A DNA stretch of 64,000 nucleotides from Trichoplax adhaerens (lineage: Eukaryota; Animalia; Placozoa): assembly GCF_000150275.1 (NCBI RefSeq), contig NW_002060962.1, positions 799,205-863,204 on the forward strand, written 5' to 3'. Positions 27,902-41,100 of the stretch are shown in pieces. The position numbers were made by a program, and so were the translations under genes. The first letter of the stretch is position 1. Each line of letters opens with the position of its first letter. Under the pieces are notes generated by a model. The model saw only the letters and a program-made list of their open reading frames with translations. It had not been told where the DNA came from and did not search any database.

Positions 27902-30430
27902 TTAATTGTTTGGACTCTGCGCATAAATTTGAACTCCACCAATTGTATTCGTATCATATAGGCTCTTCATGCCATCGTAGAAATCTTGCAAAGAATTTAC
28001 AGTTTCTTCTCCAAAGGATGCACAGTTTTGTGCACGCTCATTAGCAAAAACTTCTGCACGATTTGTAACGAATTTAATCCAGCTTGAGGTAACATTTAGA
28101 ATCTGTTAGATTAAAGAATTATAGATATAATATTCCGTAGTGCTATTAAAATTAGTATTTTCAACCAAGAACTAAGCTATAAATGCGCCATGTTACCTCA
28201 ATATTAATAAATCCAGCATCAACTAGATATTTACGATATTCCTCTATAGTAGGAAGATCGTCAATGAATAATATTTCTCTTTCATTTTCGGTAACGGGAC
28301 CCTTTTGATAAAAGTCTTCTATATAGCTAAAGATAAGGTAAACACAGTTAAGGTTAAGATTTATTTAGTTTTCCTACATTGTAATTTTATATCTTGACGT
28401 ACATTTTCCCACCCTTCTTTAGCATAGTAAACAGTTTTTCGAATAGGCCAGCTTTATCTTCTATATGATTAACTGCCAGCCAGCTAACAGCACAATCGAA
28501 GTAGTTCGAATCTGAAGTCATAATGTCAATAAAAGGTAAAGTATGAGTAGAATTTCGAAATTAAAAATATTTAAAGTGGAAAATTCAGAGCTGTAGTAGG
28601 TCTAATGTTGCATACGTATAAAGTTAATCTTATGGATGTTATAGTATCATGCTGTATATTGTAAAAACGAATTTCCAGTTGCTATTGTGTTTTAGTTTTT
28701 TCCTTATAACCAGTAAAATACAGCACTTGCCATTATTTGGATTATAATTATTACACCAATAAGAACTTAACTTCTACAGAGATACTGATATAAGTAATAA
28801 AGTATTTAGTCTACGAATGCGTAATTTTGATTACTTATTAACTATTCGTTAAAGTATCAACAACATGAAGCTGATACAGTAACGTATTTAAGGTTTTTCG
28901 TAAGAATTATCGACAAGGAATATTTATATGCTATCTAAATTTAGTAACATGGTCTACTTGATATTTTACCTGTGTCCAGTTTGTAAATATCTTGCCTAAC
29001 ATGATCAATTCGATCGGATAGGCCACAGCGATTGGTAAGATCTGCTGCAATTTTATTCAAGTCCTCTTGAATTTCGACTGCCTTAACACGGCAACGACTT
29101 TTGCTTGCAAGGTGACGAGCTGGACCACCAATTCCTGAGCCAAAATCAAGTACTTGAAAGGTTTTACTGCACAAATTAAGTAATGGTTATTCATAATCGG
29201 TTTAAATAAACTTGAGCAGAAATTTTGCAGTATGTTGAATCTAGCCAGTATTTGTAAAGTTTGCTATAAGTAGAGTTAATTTACGAACAATTTACAACCG
29301 TTTGCTATCTTGCTCAAAACTATCATTGAAGTTGCATAGAAATTGATTTAAAGGGGCATCGCAATATTTTAGCAAGTAACATTGATGCGATAGGTGAAAT
29401 TCCTGTTAACAGTCATTCGTATTTTCAGCTTTTATATTAGATGTGAAGTTATAGTGGTGTGATTAATCGATTTTATTACAGTAGTATTATTAGAGTAAGG
29501 CGTAAACGGTACAACGTTCATCTTTTATTAGAAGAGGTGTATTGATTGTTATATTTTTCTTGTCTTTACTAGTATATCTGCGTATCTCAAACATAACTAA
29601 GATTGCCGTTATTCAGTGGCAAGCGTTCTAGAGTCAGGGCCTCAGAGATTACTTAATAAACCTTACATTAAACAATTTTTTTTAAAGTCTCCACTAGTGT
29701 CTAATTGATTTTCACCCCCAAAATTGAAAGAATGAAGATGTTATCTGAAATCTATCTATCGTTCGGTTTGTGAAGCCTACGTCTAAATTCAACTAAAGGA
29801 TAACATCATACTTTATCTGTAATTTTTCGATGCAATCGTCAACAGCTTTAGTACCATAGTAGTGATAATTATCGAACTTTGAGACTTGCTCCACGGTTAG
29901 CTTACTACCAGTAAATCCAGCCTGTAATTAAAGCATTGTATTCAGGTAACTGTACATAGTTTGAAGGAGTGAGTTACGTAAAATGCAGTTCTAAAAACAA
30001 ATGAAAAATTACATTTTCTAGTTGTTTGTAAATGCGGTTGGGATTGAAGTCTAGATTAGAAAATAAAGTGCAATATCTTAATAAAATATCAGATAAGTTT
30101 CCGATAGGATATAACATGTTCTATAGATACATAAATCACTTGATTAAACATATATTGGTACTGCCGATAAATCAATGCAGCCTATTTCGAAAGAGCGTAA
30201 AGTCATGTCGCATTTGCTGTCTATCGAAAGGTGAGCTTTTAAGCTTATGAAGTATCGGTGTACACCTACTAAAGTTAAAAAAACTTTTTATGTTTCAGTA
30301 ACATTAACTATTTCAAGGAGATACAATACTAGTAGTATAAGATTAATGGTCCAAACTTAGCTCGTTCTCACTTACACAGTTTCATGCTTTTAAAGTGAAT
30401 ATCGTCCTCTGCTGTTTTTAAATTCTCCAT
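27902..30430 (-). CDS. Class I SAM-dependent methyltransferase, sarcosine/dimethylglycine N-methyltransferase-like, 7 exons, ~279 aa
   Basis: Exons 30430-30376, 30050-30013, 29921-29812, 29166-28970, 28511-28403, 28326-28197, 28102-27902; GT-AG and in frame (840 nt). Motif I VLDFGSGIGGPARHLA; also SMKLY, FDNYHYYGTKAVD, FDCAVSWLAVNHIEDK and LKKGGKIYIEDF. Confidence 0.9.
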
Positions 30431-31069
30431 AATGCGTGAAAGAAAATGATCACAATTTTGGGGGATAATATCGGAACAATTGATTGTCGTAGGTTAATCT
30501 TTTTTATAGTTAAAATAAACGATGTATTGTAAGCTATACTGATTATTATCTATGATTTACTTATTTTACCACTATTATGATGGTAATATAATTGTATTTT
30601 TTATTCAAGAAAGTCAATGCAGCACATGTTGCTCTAGGTGAATATCATGTCGACATCAAGGACTTGTAATGTTTCGATTATAGTGTATTGGTGTTTAGTT
30701 ACTATAATTTAAGGCTATTTCTAATGTGTACTTTGATAGTTTATACTACTATGATTTAACTTTACATTGCTGTAGTTCTACGAGTTAAACGATTGCATAA
30801 ATCATGGATGGATGATAAATATGCTCACGTACGTGGATATTGTATATTACTATTCTTAAATTAGGTTTTCGGTGTCGTTTTATTTTTTAACAATGAACTG
30901 TATATAAATTAGAATATTAATTACCGTGCATATCTACCATTATATAGTGCACTTGAACTTGGCTTATTTTTCAATTAACAAGTGACTATCACATGACAAT
31001 CTTCCCTTAACGTGTTTTCTCTAATAATTAATTTTTAAGCCTATAATTTTTGCTAAAAGAATTCGGATA

Positions 31070-33660
31070 CTGATACTGGATTTATTGAATTATAGAAAAT
31101 TCTCTTAGAAGTCTCTGATTTAACAAAATAGATACAAAGTGGCGTTCAGCATCTTTTAGGAGGGGGAAGGGAGAGGGAAATTTATACTGTACAATTAACA
31201 CTGGCAATTGAACTTATTACATGCTAAGGGTAATGCCTTGAATGACTCTTTCATAAAGAATTAACTTTCATATATTCATATTCACAAATTAAAGCGCTAA
31301 TTTGGGTAATATTTCATGCTAATAAGGAATTGATGGTTGCTAATTTACCGTAGTTTTGCCTGAATTGATCCCTGATAAGTATAGTTTACTGATCGCGACG
31401 TTATTATGCTACCCATTAGCGTAAATGAGACAACTGTTTTCGAGTGCAAGTATGATAGTTGGCCTTATTATTTGGAAACCATCTTTCTTTAGCCAGTCTC
31501 TGTATTACTATAATAGTATGAATGTATATCGTACAGTACTTCTACTGAGAGTCGATATTTGATTGTGTCAAATGATTCATTACCTCCTTGATGTAAAAAT
31601 TGACTACTGTATGAATAAATCAATTGAATAATAATATACTGTACGTTATTTTAAAATGCGCATTCCGGCTATTCTGTATCATAGCCGGCTAATACTGTAG
31701 GCGTATATAATCATATTAACCTTGACAATTGTAGGATTGTGCTGTAGTATGAGTACGCTAGCCAATCCTACTGTGCTATACTGTACTGTCATANNNNNNN
31801 NNNNNNNNNNNNNNNNNNNNNNNNNNNNNNNNNNNNNNNNNNNATCTGATACTGGATTTATTGAATTATAGAAAATTCTCTTAGAAGTCTCTGATTTAAC
31901 AAAATAGATACAAAGTGGCGTTCAGCACTTTTAGGAGGGGGAAGGGAGGAGAAATTTATACTGTACAATTAACACTGGTAATTGAACTTATTACATGCTA
32001 AGAGTAATGCCTTGAATGACTCTTTCAGAAAGAATTAACTTTCATATTCTGTTTCCGCTATATTGAAAATACCTTTAATTATCGGGAGTAGTTATTCGAG
32101 AGGGATTGTCCTAGAACAGTTAGCACCTGAATCGGCTTATGTTTGATAGGGTTGATGACTGAATGAATAATCATGGAACACCAAAACGATTTTAGTAACG
32201 TTTTTATCAATCCATGGCATACGTTACACAAATCTTCCGTTTCAGTGCTCTGGTATGCACTATACATTAGCTACGAAGCCAGTACAGTAAGTAAAAATGA
32301 ATTTAATGAATACGAACGGTTTACTATAGGGGCATACCAGTGGAATCTTCGCTCGTGATAGTTTAGGTGCTGTACTTGCACTTTCTACTTCACATTATAC
32401 ACATATTACGTACGAATATATAACTGTAACGGTTTGCATAGATTAAAGTCTGTTAGTGGAGCGTGGCTGATGATGAAGTGGTGAAGTACTAATGTAGTAG
32501 CAGTGACTAGTGAGGCTATTACAATAACATATGTGCGAATAATTGTTAAACAAAACGAGAGCAGTTACCACATAGGATCTGCAAACTAATAATTACCGAT
32601 GAGGGATACGAGTTATACAGCGTATTACACTTAGAAATAAATTAGCTCACTATTTCCGAGGGACACTCTTTATTCGCGAATACTATAGAGTGCGAAGTAC
32701 CCAAGTTAATCTAATTGGATAAAAATCAACAATGAAATATTAAGAATAGTAATGTCTAAATAGAAGTTGTCAATATCTCTCGTCGAATCCCGCAAGGGCA
32801 GTAACTAAGAATACTAGACATGGGCTTTAGTAATTGGTAGAGTACCGGATCTACAACAAAAATGAATTCTGCTTGAATAGTCTAGTACCTGCGATCTGCC
32901 AGATGAGTATCAACTTGAAAGTACCTTTCAACTTATAAGGTATAAACTATACGTACGGTATCTCTCCAATATCGCTATCTAAAGTATGTATTTAAAATTT
33001 TCAATACAGAATTTAGTGATGTTTAGTCCAGTTGATCTTCTAACGCGAATGAGTCAATTTATCCTATTAACTACGTCTACTTCATACGCCTAGCTAATAC
33101 ATGCATTATTAAAATGAAATAAATTGGAGCTAATCACAAATTAAAGCACTAATTTGGGTAATATTTCATGCTAATAAGGAATTGATGGTTGCTAATTTAC
33201 CGTAGTTCTTCCTGAATTGATCCCTGATAAGTATAGTTTACTGATCGTGACGTTATTATGCTATCCATTAGCCTAAATGAGACAACTGTTTTGGAGTGCA
33301 AGTATGATAGTTGGCCTTATTATTTGGAAATCATCTTCTTTAGCCAGTCTCTGTATTACTATAATAATATGAATGTATATCGTACAGTACTTCTAATGAG
33401 AGTCGATATTTGATTGTGTAAAAATGATTCATTACCTCCTTGATGTGAAAATTGACTACTGTATGAATAAATCAATTTAATAATAATATACTGTACGTTA
33501 TTTTAAAATGCGCATTCCCCGGCTATTCTGCATCATAGCCGGCTAATACTGTAGGTGTATATATATATATATATAATCATATTAACCTTGACAATTGTAG
33601 GATTGTGCTGTAGTATGAGTACGCTAGCCAATCCTACTGTGCTATACTGTACTGTCATAC
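31070..33660. repeat. Near-identical local duplication flanking an assembly gap; the second copy carries ~1.1 kb of extra sequence
   Basis: 31070-31272 matches 31846-32046; 31282-31792 matches 33135-33658; N gap at ~31793-31843; 32049-33134 is absent from the first copy. Confidence 0.9.
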
Positions 33661-33714
33661 AGTGTAGATCAGACAAGCCTACAAAAATTGTAGGACAATA
33701 TATTACTGTATAAG

Positions 33715-33935
33715 TGTACAGTATATTATATATTTTATTTTATTTTATTAGTATAACTCCATTAGGGTCAATTTATGGTTTTTCAGTGTATATTAAATAT
33801 TTCGTTTTATTTTATTATTTTAACTCCATTAAAGGGTCAATTTATCGTTTTTCAGTGTACTGTATATTATATATTTTATTTTATTTATTACATTATTTTA
33901 ACTCCATTAGGGTCAATTTATGGTTTTTCTGTAGT
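33715..33935. repeat. Tandem repeat, ~65-70-bp unit, 3 copies
   Basis: taactccatta..gggtcaatttat.gttttt repeated at ~33754, 33821 and 33899. Confidence 0.85.
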
Positions 33936-34410
33936 ACAGTACTTCGTACTCTATGTTTTGTACTGTTTACTGTACTGTACAGTACTGTACTTTGTTGCAA
34001 CTTGCAAGTGGAAGGTGCTGTACACAGTACTGTACAGTACATACAGTACAGTACTGTACAGTACTGTACAATACTGTACACTGTACAGTATATACAGTAC
34101 TGTACGTGACATGTACGAAGGGAAATGCGTGGCCATTTTCTATTGGCTCTCACATATAACGTACTTGCGCAGTTTAAACATAACGGACTCTATAGTAGCA
34201 TACTCTACACTACAGTACTGTAGAGTCTACAGTGTACAATGTACTGTACAGTACATTTCAAGTGATTTGCTTGAAATGAAATAAGCAAATCATAGTCGAG
34301 TACGTGGCATTGATGATTCATCCCATGTTTGATTCGTTTGACTCTTTGACCGTACAGTGTAGTGCACTGTATACTGTACACTGTACACTGTACGGTACTG
34401 TACTGTACGT
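33935..34410. repeat. Low-complexity TACTG/TACAG palindromic tract upstream of PDIA6
   Basis: Dense tactgtacagta / tacagtactgta reiterations, which explain the spurious STVQY/CTV ORFs. Confidence 0.9.
34128..34146 (-). promoter_or_regulatory. ER stress response element ERSE-I (CCAAT-N9-CCACG)
   Basis: Plus strand CGTGG-ccattttct-ATTGG is the exact reverse complement of CCAAT-N9-CCACG, ~480 bp upstream of the PDIA6 ATG. Confidence 0.75.
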
Positions 34411-34628
34411 TCCATTGTAACCAGTCATGTCGCCACATCGACTCAAGCTCTAAGGTAAGAGGGTAAAAAGGGCAAAAACTTACTGGTGTGAGCACATTTC
34501 ATCCCCACTTCAAGCCTTAAATTTAGAAACTTGATCCCATTGCCATCGTTGTCAGGAATCCAGACCGTGGATTAACTGTTGCAGGTTTAGATAATTAGAC
34601 TCTAGACTCGAGAACGACTTGAAGGAGC

Positions 34629-37600
34629 ATGCAAATCATATGTAAGTTATTTCGTAAACTTCATCGAGATTGGTTTTGCTTGTTATGGTTCTAAAGTGAA
34701 ATAGTGGGATTTCCTTCTTGGCGTGTAGAGTAGTGTTGAGCAGTGGGGCCAGATCAGCTGGATGTTTTACTGCCAGTGCTTGCTATCGTTCCTAGTGATT
34801 AAATGCTCATACTGGATGTGGATACTCTGAAGCGGCTCTAATGATAGTATTATCATCTGAAGGATGGATGTCATCATTTATNNNNNNNNNNNNNNNNNNN
34901 NNNNNNNNNNNNNNNNNNNNNNNNNNNNNNNTCTGCACCTTTCTACGGTCTAGAGAGTTGTAGAATGTGCAATAGTCGACTACAAGGGCTCACAATCCCC
35001 TAGCAACACCATCAACTACTGTCGTTGTATTAGGATTGTAGAGGTACGATAAGCACTACTACTGTATTCAAAAATAATTTTTCTGTAACTACTAGCCAAG
35101 TGTTAGTTCACTTCTTTGTCGACGGAATGAGCTAAGTGAACTTAATCAGGTATCATAACGCACTGCATAGCGATACCCCACATGCCCTCTACTGTACGCT
35201 GGCTTGTAAAAAAAGTGGCTCCATTGCACCATCATATTGATTTGCCACTGCCCACTGGAAAGTATGTTTACTGTCGAGAAGTACAATGCTGGGGTTGCGG
35301 GAGTGATTGCAAAGTGATCGTGCACTTTTGCATAAATCAACTACGAATTTTATCATTTATTACTCGGTAGAGGATACAAATTTCATCCCATTCAATAAAG
35401 ATAACTGCGTCAATGTTGCATTTTCTAGATTGTACATACTAACAATACGTATAATAGTGCTTGACTGCCAGTTGTGATGGTATTCTAATCCATTATTTGT
35501 GTGATCTTGTCTTATTTAGACGTTCTTACATGTTGCTTACTGATTTCCCTGTCAAATGTTGAGGCTCTGTATGATGCATCATCTGATGTACAGATCTTGA
35601 CTGATGCTGATTTCAGAACTCGTGTTTTACAAAGTGATCAGTTGTGGCTGGTGGAGTTTTATGCCCCCTGGTAAGTAACAGCGCACTATACTCCATCACA
35701 ATGTGTTTAAAAAGTAGTATTTCATCATTATCATACTGAGTAATCCTATTTTCAACGTGCAGTATAACAAGTCAGCTATCAGTACTACGTAATGTATATG
35801 TCACTAAATTCATCATGTCTGATAAAAATACTAACAATAAATACGTTAACTTATGACTGCATCATATTGACGTTCTCTATCACTATTTGTTATTAAGCAA
35901 ACATGTTAGCTATCAGTAGTCCATAGACATTATTACCCAATTGGGGATGCTATCTGATGGAAACATGGGCGACAAATAGCATAATAGACTAGCTTACTTT
36001 TACATTACATCAAAGGCTATTTACGTGTATGATGCTATTAGCCTGTTAGTGTGAGAATGGGTCTGAATTTTTTTAAATCGTAGTCTTTATCATCTGTTCA
36101 TAGTTTCAACCAGAGATATATAGCTCTAACCTTATATCTCAATACATACTGAACGAAAGAGTAGCTAGATTTGAGGTGTATACCGATTCTAATAAAATAA
36201 GCTCATTTAGTAATACACAATTTTTATTATATACTCTTTTAAGAGGAGGTCCTCTTTAGACTAACATACTGTAGAAATGAGCTGCTTGGAAATTCGCTCA
36301 AGACTGAATATCGGTTGTATAGCATTTGTGAGCATATTGGTGTTATAATTATCATTATTACAACTAATGCAGGTGTGGACATTGCCAGAGGCTAGCACCG
36401 GAATGGTCTAAAGCTGCAACTTCACTAAAGGTAGCTATGATGAAGAAGCACAATTTTCTACTTTTACCCTTAGTAGGATTTTGCTGCTTGAAAAAATTGT
36501 TCGGATTAATTTTATCAGAGTATTTTATAGATTTTTTAATTCTAATTATTAAAATTACTTATGAATTGCTTTTGTTTTGTTTCATCAGGGGATAGTAAAT
36601 GTTGGAGCTGTTGACATGGATAAATATCCTTCTGTTGGGGCCCCATACAATGTGCAAGGATTTCCAACTATCAAGGCATGCTAAACTTTTTTGCTATGAA
36701 TTTTAATTTAGATAACATGAAAGTAAAGCTAGTTATGCTCTATTGCAGATATTTGCAGCTGATAAGAATCACCCAAGCGATTATAATGGTACATCTTCAT
36801 TATCACCATGTTTATCGTATTACCGTATTTAAAGGAAACGTAAACTGTAGTCGTGCTCAAAACATGTTCAGAGCTAATTTTATAACGATTTTCTATAGGA
36901 GCTAGAACTTCACAGGCTATCGTTGAACATGCATTCAATGCACTTCGAGAAATGACACAAAAACGTGCTGGCGGTAGTAGTGGTGGTAGCGGTAGCAGCG
37001 GCGGTAGCGGCAGCAGCGGTGGTAGCAGCAGTGATAGCAATGTTAGTAATTATGAAATAGATTATGTACAGCTGTTAAGTGATTTCCGACAGCATTTCTT
37101 ATAGCATTTCTTTATAATTAAAATATAAAGTCCTCGGGATCGAACGATGTAGTTGAAATCACTGATGGTAACTTCGAAGAAAAGATTATCAACAGCAAAG
37201 AGATGTGGTTAGTAGAATTTTATGCTCCCTGGTGTGGGCATTGTAAAAATTTAGCTCCAGAATGGGCTAGGGCTGCTACTCGTCTAAAAGGTAAAGTTAA
37301 CCTGGCTGCGGTTGACGCTACAGCTAATACTATTGTGGCTAATAAGTACGAGGTATGGGCAATTGCAATTGTTATAGCCTTGCAATATTAACCTTAAATG
37401 CCAATTACCTGTGTGTAGTAAGGTAGCTGTTGTACATAACTTACTTTTTGGCGCATTTGGACTTGATTAGGTCAAAGGATTTCCTACTATTAAGTTCTTT
37501 CCTGGAGGCAAGAAAGACTTCAGCAGTGCTGAAGACTATACTGGTGGTCGCACTGCATCTGATATTGTCAATTGGGCTGAAGAGAAATATGCTGAAAATG

Positions 37601-38115
37601 CCGAACCCCCTGAGATCATAGAATTAGTAAACGCAGAGGTGTTCGATGAAACTTGTAAAAATAAACAATTATGTGTAATTTCCTTCTTGCCAAATATCTT
37701 GGACACTGGTGCTAGTGGACGAAATAAATTTCTTGAGCTGATACATGGACTTGGTGATAAATTTAAAAGAAAGCAATGGGGTTGGTTATGGTGCGCTGCT
37801 GGTACACAATCCAAGTTGGAGAGCGCTGTTGGTGTTGGTGGATATGGCTATCCAGCAATGATTGCGCTTAATCCTCGGAAAAGTCTGTTTGCGGAATTGA
37901 AGCTAGCATTTAGTGAGCAGACTGTTAATGAATTTTTAAAAGAATTATCATATGGCCGTGGATCAACTGCAGCCCTTCGTGGCGAAGGACTACCCGAAAT
38001 TTTGACAATTGATAGTTGGGATGGCAAAGACGGCCAATTGCCAGAAGAAGAAGAATTTGATTTAAGCGAACTAGGCATAACTGTAAATGCTGATGATAGT
38101 AAAGATGAATTGTAG
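34629..38115 (+). CDS. PDIA6: Protein disulfide-isomerase A6 (P5), 8 exons, ~452 aa
   Basis: Exons 34629-34641, 35520-35670, 36373-36430, 36589-36675, 36749-36788, 36899-37041, 37131-37352, 37471-38115 (1359 nt). Signal peptide, two [13 protein letters not shown] thioredoxin sites, Gly/Ser linker, P5 C-terminal domain ([14 protein letters not shown]) and KDEL. The 13-nt first exon is less certain. Confidence 0.97.
34882..34931. other. Assembly gap in PDIA6 intron 1
   Basis: Run of N. Confidence 0.95.
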
Positions 38116-41100
38116 AACACACTGCAGATCTAGTACAATTCACGAACAAGATGACTTATAATAGTTTGTTAACAGTTACTCATGTTTGTGAAACTTCCCA
38201 TCGTAAATAAATACTGTACTTTAACAATGAATTAATTCAGAAATCGATCAATTATTAGTTTGATTACGTTTGTTTATCAAAGGATTTGTAACGTCTCATT
38301 AATGCTAATATCATCTCTTTATTCGAAATTTTAATAAACTCTTCCCTAAATAGGAATACTCGTATTTCATTGCTTTATCATACTTACCTTTAACAGTGAT
38401 CGTATCCTAAATGATATATCTCATTTAATATTATTTTACAATTTCGTGATAAGAAGCAATGCTGAATACCTTAAAAAAAGTGAGCTTACAATAATAAATG
38501 CAAATTTCATCAGCAGACTTTGCTCGTAGTTGGAAGGCGATCCGGTTTATCACATAAGTTGGTTGGGCACCTGTGGAAACATGGTGTAACCAATCTTGAT
38601 GTACAGGAGTAATAACAAGCAATTAAAAGTGATAAAGTATTTCATTCTTATAAATTCTTTTGGAGCTACAGTCAAAAAAGGCATGTCATAAATTATATTT
38701 GGTAGCGTTTAGGCAAGCGTTATAAATATGGTCGTATGGCTACGAATATTATTCTTAATACGTCGTCACGTTAATTATAAGCGTGCATATGAGGTTCGTT
38801 ATTTTAAATACCTGAAATTAACCGAATTCCTATGTATCGTAAAGAATAGAATATCATCTATAAATTTATCAACAATTATTAGACCAAGTATTACACCTAA
38901 TCTCGTTATCTACGAGTATCAGACTATAATCGATAGATTATGCTAGTATTATCCATACGACGGTACTTTATACTGTCATGAAATCAAGTTCTTAAATTTT
39001 TGCTTAGAAAAATATTAATAGTGGATGAGATTTCGCAAACCTTGAATTGCGGATTTTGTATTTTGTTTGTTTGCTTATCTAAATTAATGAGACACTTTGC
39101 AAGTGGTTGAAAAACTCGGTAGTAAACCCTAGATAGGATGAATTTTAATTCTACCTTACGATTAAACATTGTAGTCTGTTTATTTTACCTGATTTTGGGC
39201 TGCAATACTGTGAAAATATGCTTACATACAAGAAAATAGAAATTTTGAATTGAATATATGAAAATTTGTTCAGTTTAATAGCGAAATAAGCGAATTTTAG
39301 TGGCCTACGAACTTAATAGTGGTAAGAGAAAATGCTCCTGTAAATGCAAATATTGTACTCACGGCTTTCTTGTTTTCTATCAAAAGAGTCAAAATCGTAA
39401 AGTAATAACTATAGTGCTATGAGCACATTGTATCAAAATTTGTAAGATATACATAAAACAATGTAAAATTAATAATGCTGTTTCTGTTATATTCTAACTA
39501 TTCTACACTAATATTTCTATTATACATATAATATTAACCAAGTGTATCATATCCATTCTGTGTTGTATGATTAGATTTACAATCTAGATTTAGTATCTGA
39601 GATCTTGCGAGAGGAATCGATTCTGGTTATCTATTTATATGAATCAGTAATGTAAAAAGATACGAGAATATGTATCTTACCTGTCAAATTAATTTATTAA
39701 ATCATTCAACACAGTACTCGTGGATAATATCAAGAGAATTTTGCTGAACCTTAGTAATGATCACCATATTGTTACGGTCGTGCTGTGGAAATAATATACT
39801 GTACTCATTAATGACAGCATTTTTGTGATGGCGAACTAAAATTACATCCTGTTGTACTTGGTATACATGAGAAATTAATCCTAGAAATTTCGAGGGTTTA
39901 TCTTGTATTACATCAATACCTTTAGGAAATATAGGAATTTCTGAATGTAGTTTCGTTATCCTTGATCTTAATTAATGCATGAACTATTTCTTTATTTTTA
40001 TTGCTTTACACCTCTCGAAATTGTTAGAAGCAAACAATTTATTCTGTGTACCTGATGTGAAAGCCGAATATTGGCGATAGTGATCGATTCTAAAGACTTT
40101 GTTCTTCATCAAATAGTTGAAAATAAACTAGCTATTGCTAAAAGTAAGCTACAAGTAAACATTAATAAAGGTACTATTCTCGTAAAGAACTTTCCTTGTG
40201 TAATGTAACTTAGTATTGTAATTGTAGACTGTTAGCCATGTTTAGTATAATGTACGGTAGATATTTATCCTAAGAGATATTTGGTAGCCATAACTATAGA
40301 CTGTAGTGGTATAGACTCTATGCTAGAGTACATATGATTATATACGGTAAGGTGTTGCGTTACTAATAAGGTTATAGGTAAAAATAGAACTGTAAATCAT
40401 ATAGTAGGATATGGTTAATGCATTGTACTTTGGCTGGTGTGAATAATGTCTACGTAAATACTGCAGTCGTATCCATATTGGATTAATAATGGTCCGCAGT
40501 AGAATAGTGTTGCTAAGAATAATTTTACTATGTGTAAAATAAGGTGAAAGGTTGCCATGCGGATTGTAGCTGCGAATGCTACGAAAAGTATAAAAGTATG
40601 CAACTTTAGATTATTCTGTTAGTTCGTTCTAGAAGTCTTTAGTAGTAGTATTCGGCTAAAGTAGAGCTGTGTGTAGTTAATCTTTGTATAAGATTCAATA
40701 AAGCCCTTATTTTTCTAAAATTTGGAATTTCGTGATTGGTATATCTCACACCTTGATAGTATTTTTAGGGAAAGTAATTGCTAGGGAGATATTAAAATTG
40801 TAATTTATTAAAAGATAGGTACGGTATCTTAGGGGTAGAGAATTATAAATAAATAAAATGGAAGGATGAACAATGGTGTACGCAAATACTATGAAGCCTA
40901 ATGTATTCTGAATGGGATGCTAAATATACGAGTACTTTAATTACTTCAGCTTGTATAATAATGAATCCGCTATTTTATTTAAAGCAAACTATTTAGGAGA
41001 AATTTTATTAAATCTGCTAACTGTACTCTCTATAGGTGTAGATTATACACCTTTGATAGTCAATTTTTAACAGAAAAAGTTACGCGTGGATATTATTAAT

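Noticed and set aside
31665-31700. ccggctat...atagccgg hairpin as a possible Helitron 3' end
   Set aside because: No properly spaced CTRR terminus or matching 5' end; the only other copy is in the local duplicate.
33714-34495. Overlapping ORFs rich in STVQY/CTV
   Set aside because: They are translations of the TACAG/TACTG simple repeat and lack coding features.
36729-37040. Minus-strand Leu/Pro-rich ORF
   Set aside because: It is the antisense of the PDIA6 Gly/Ser linker exon.
38385-39700. Minus-strand splice-like signals after PDIA6
   Set aside because: The candidate exon near 38387-38470 has stops in all frames and no coherent protein could be assembled.
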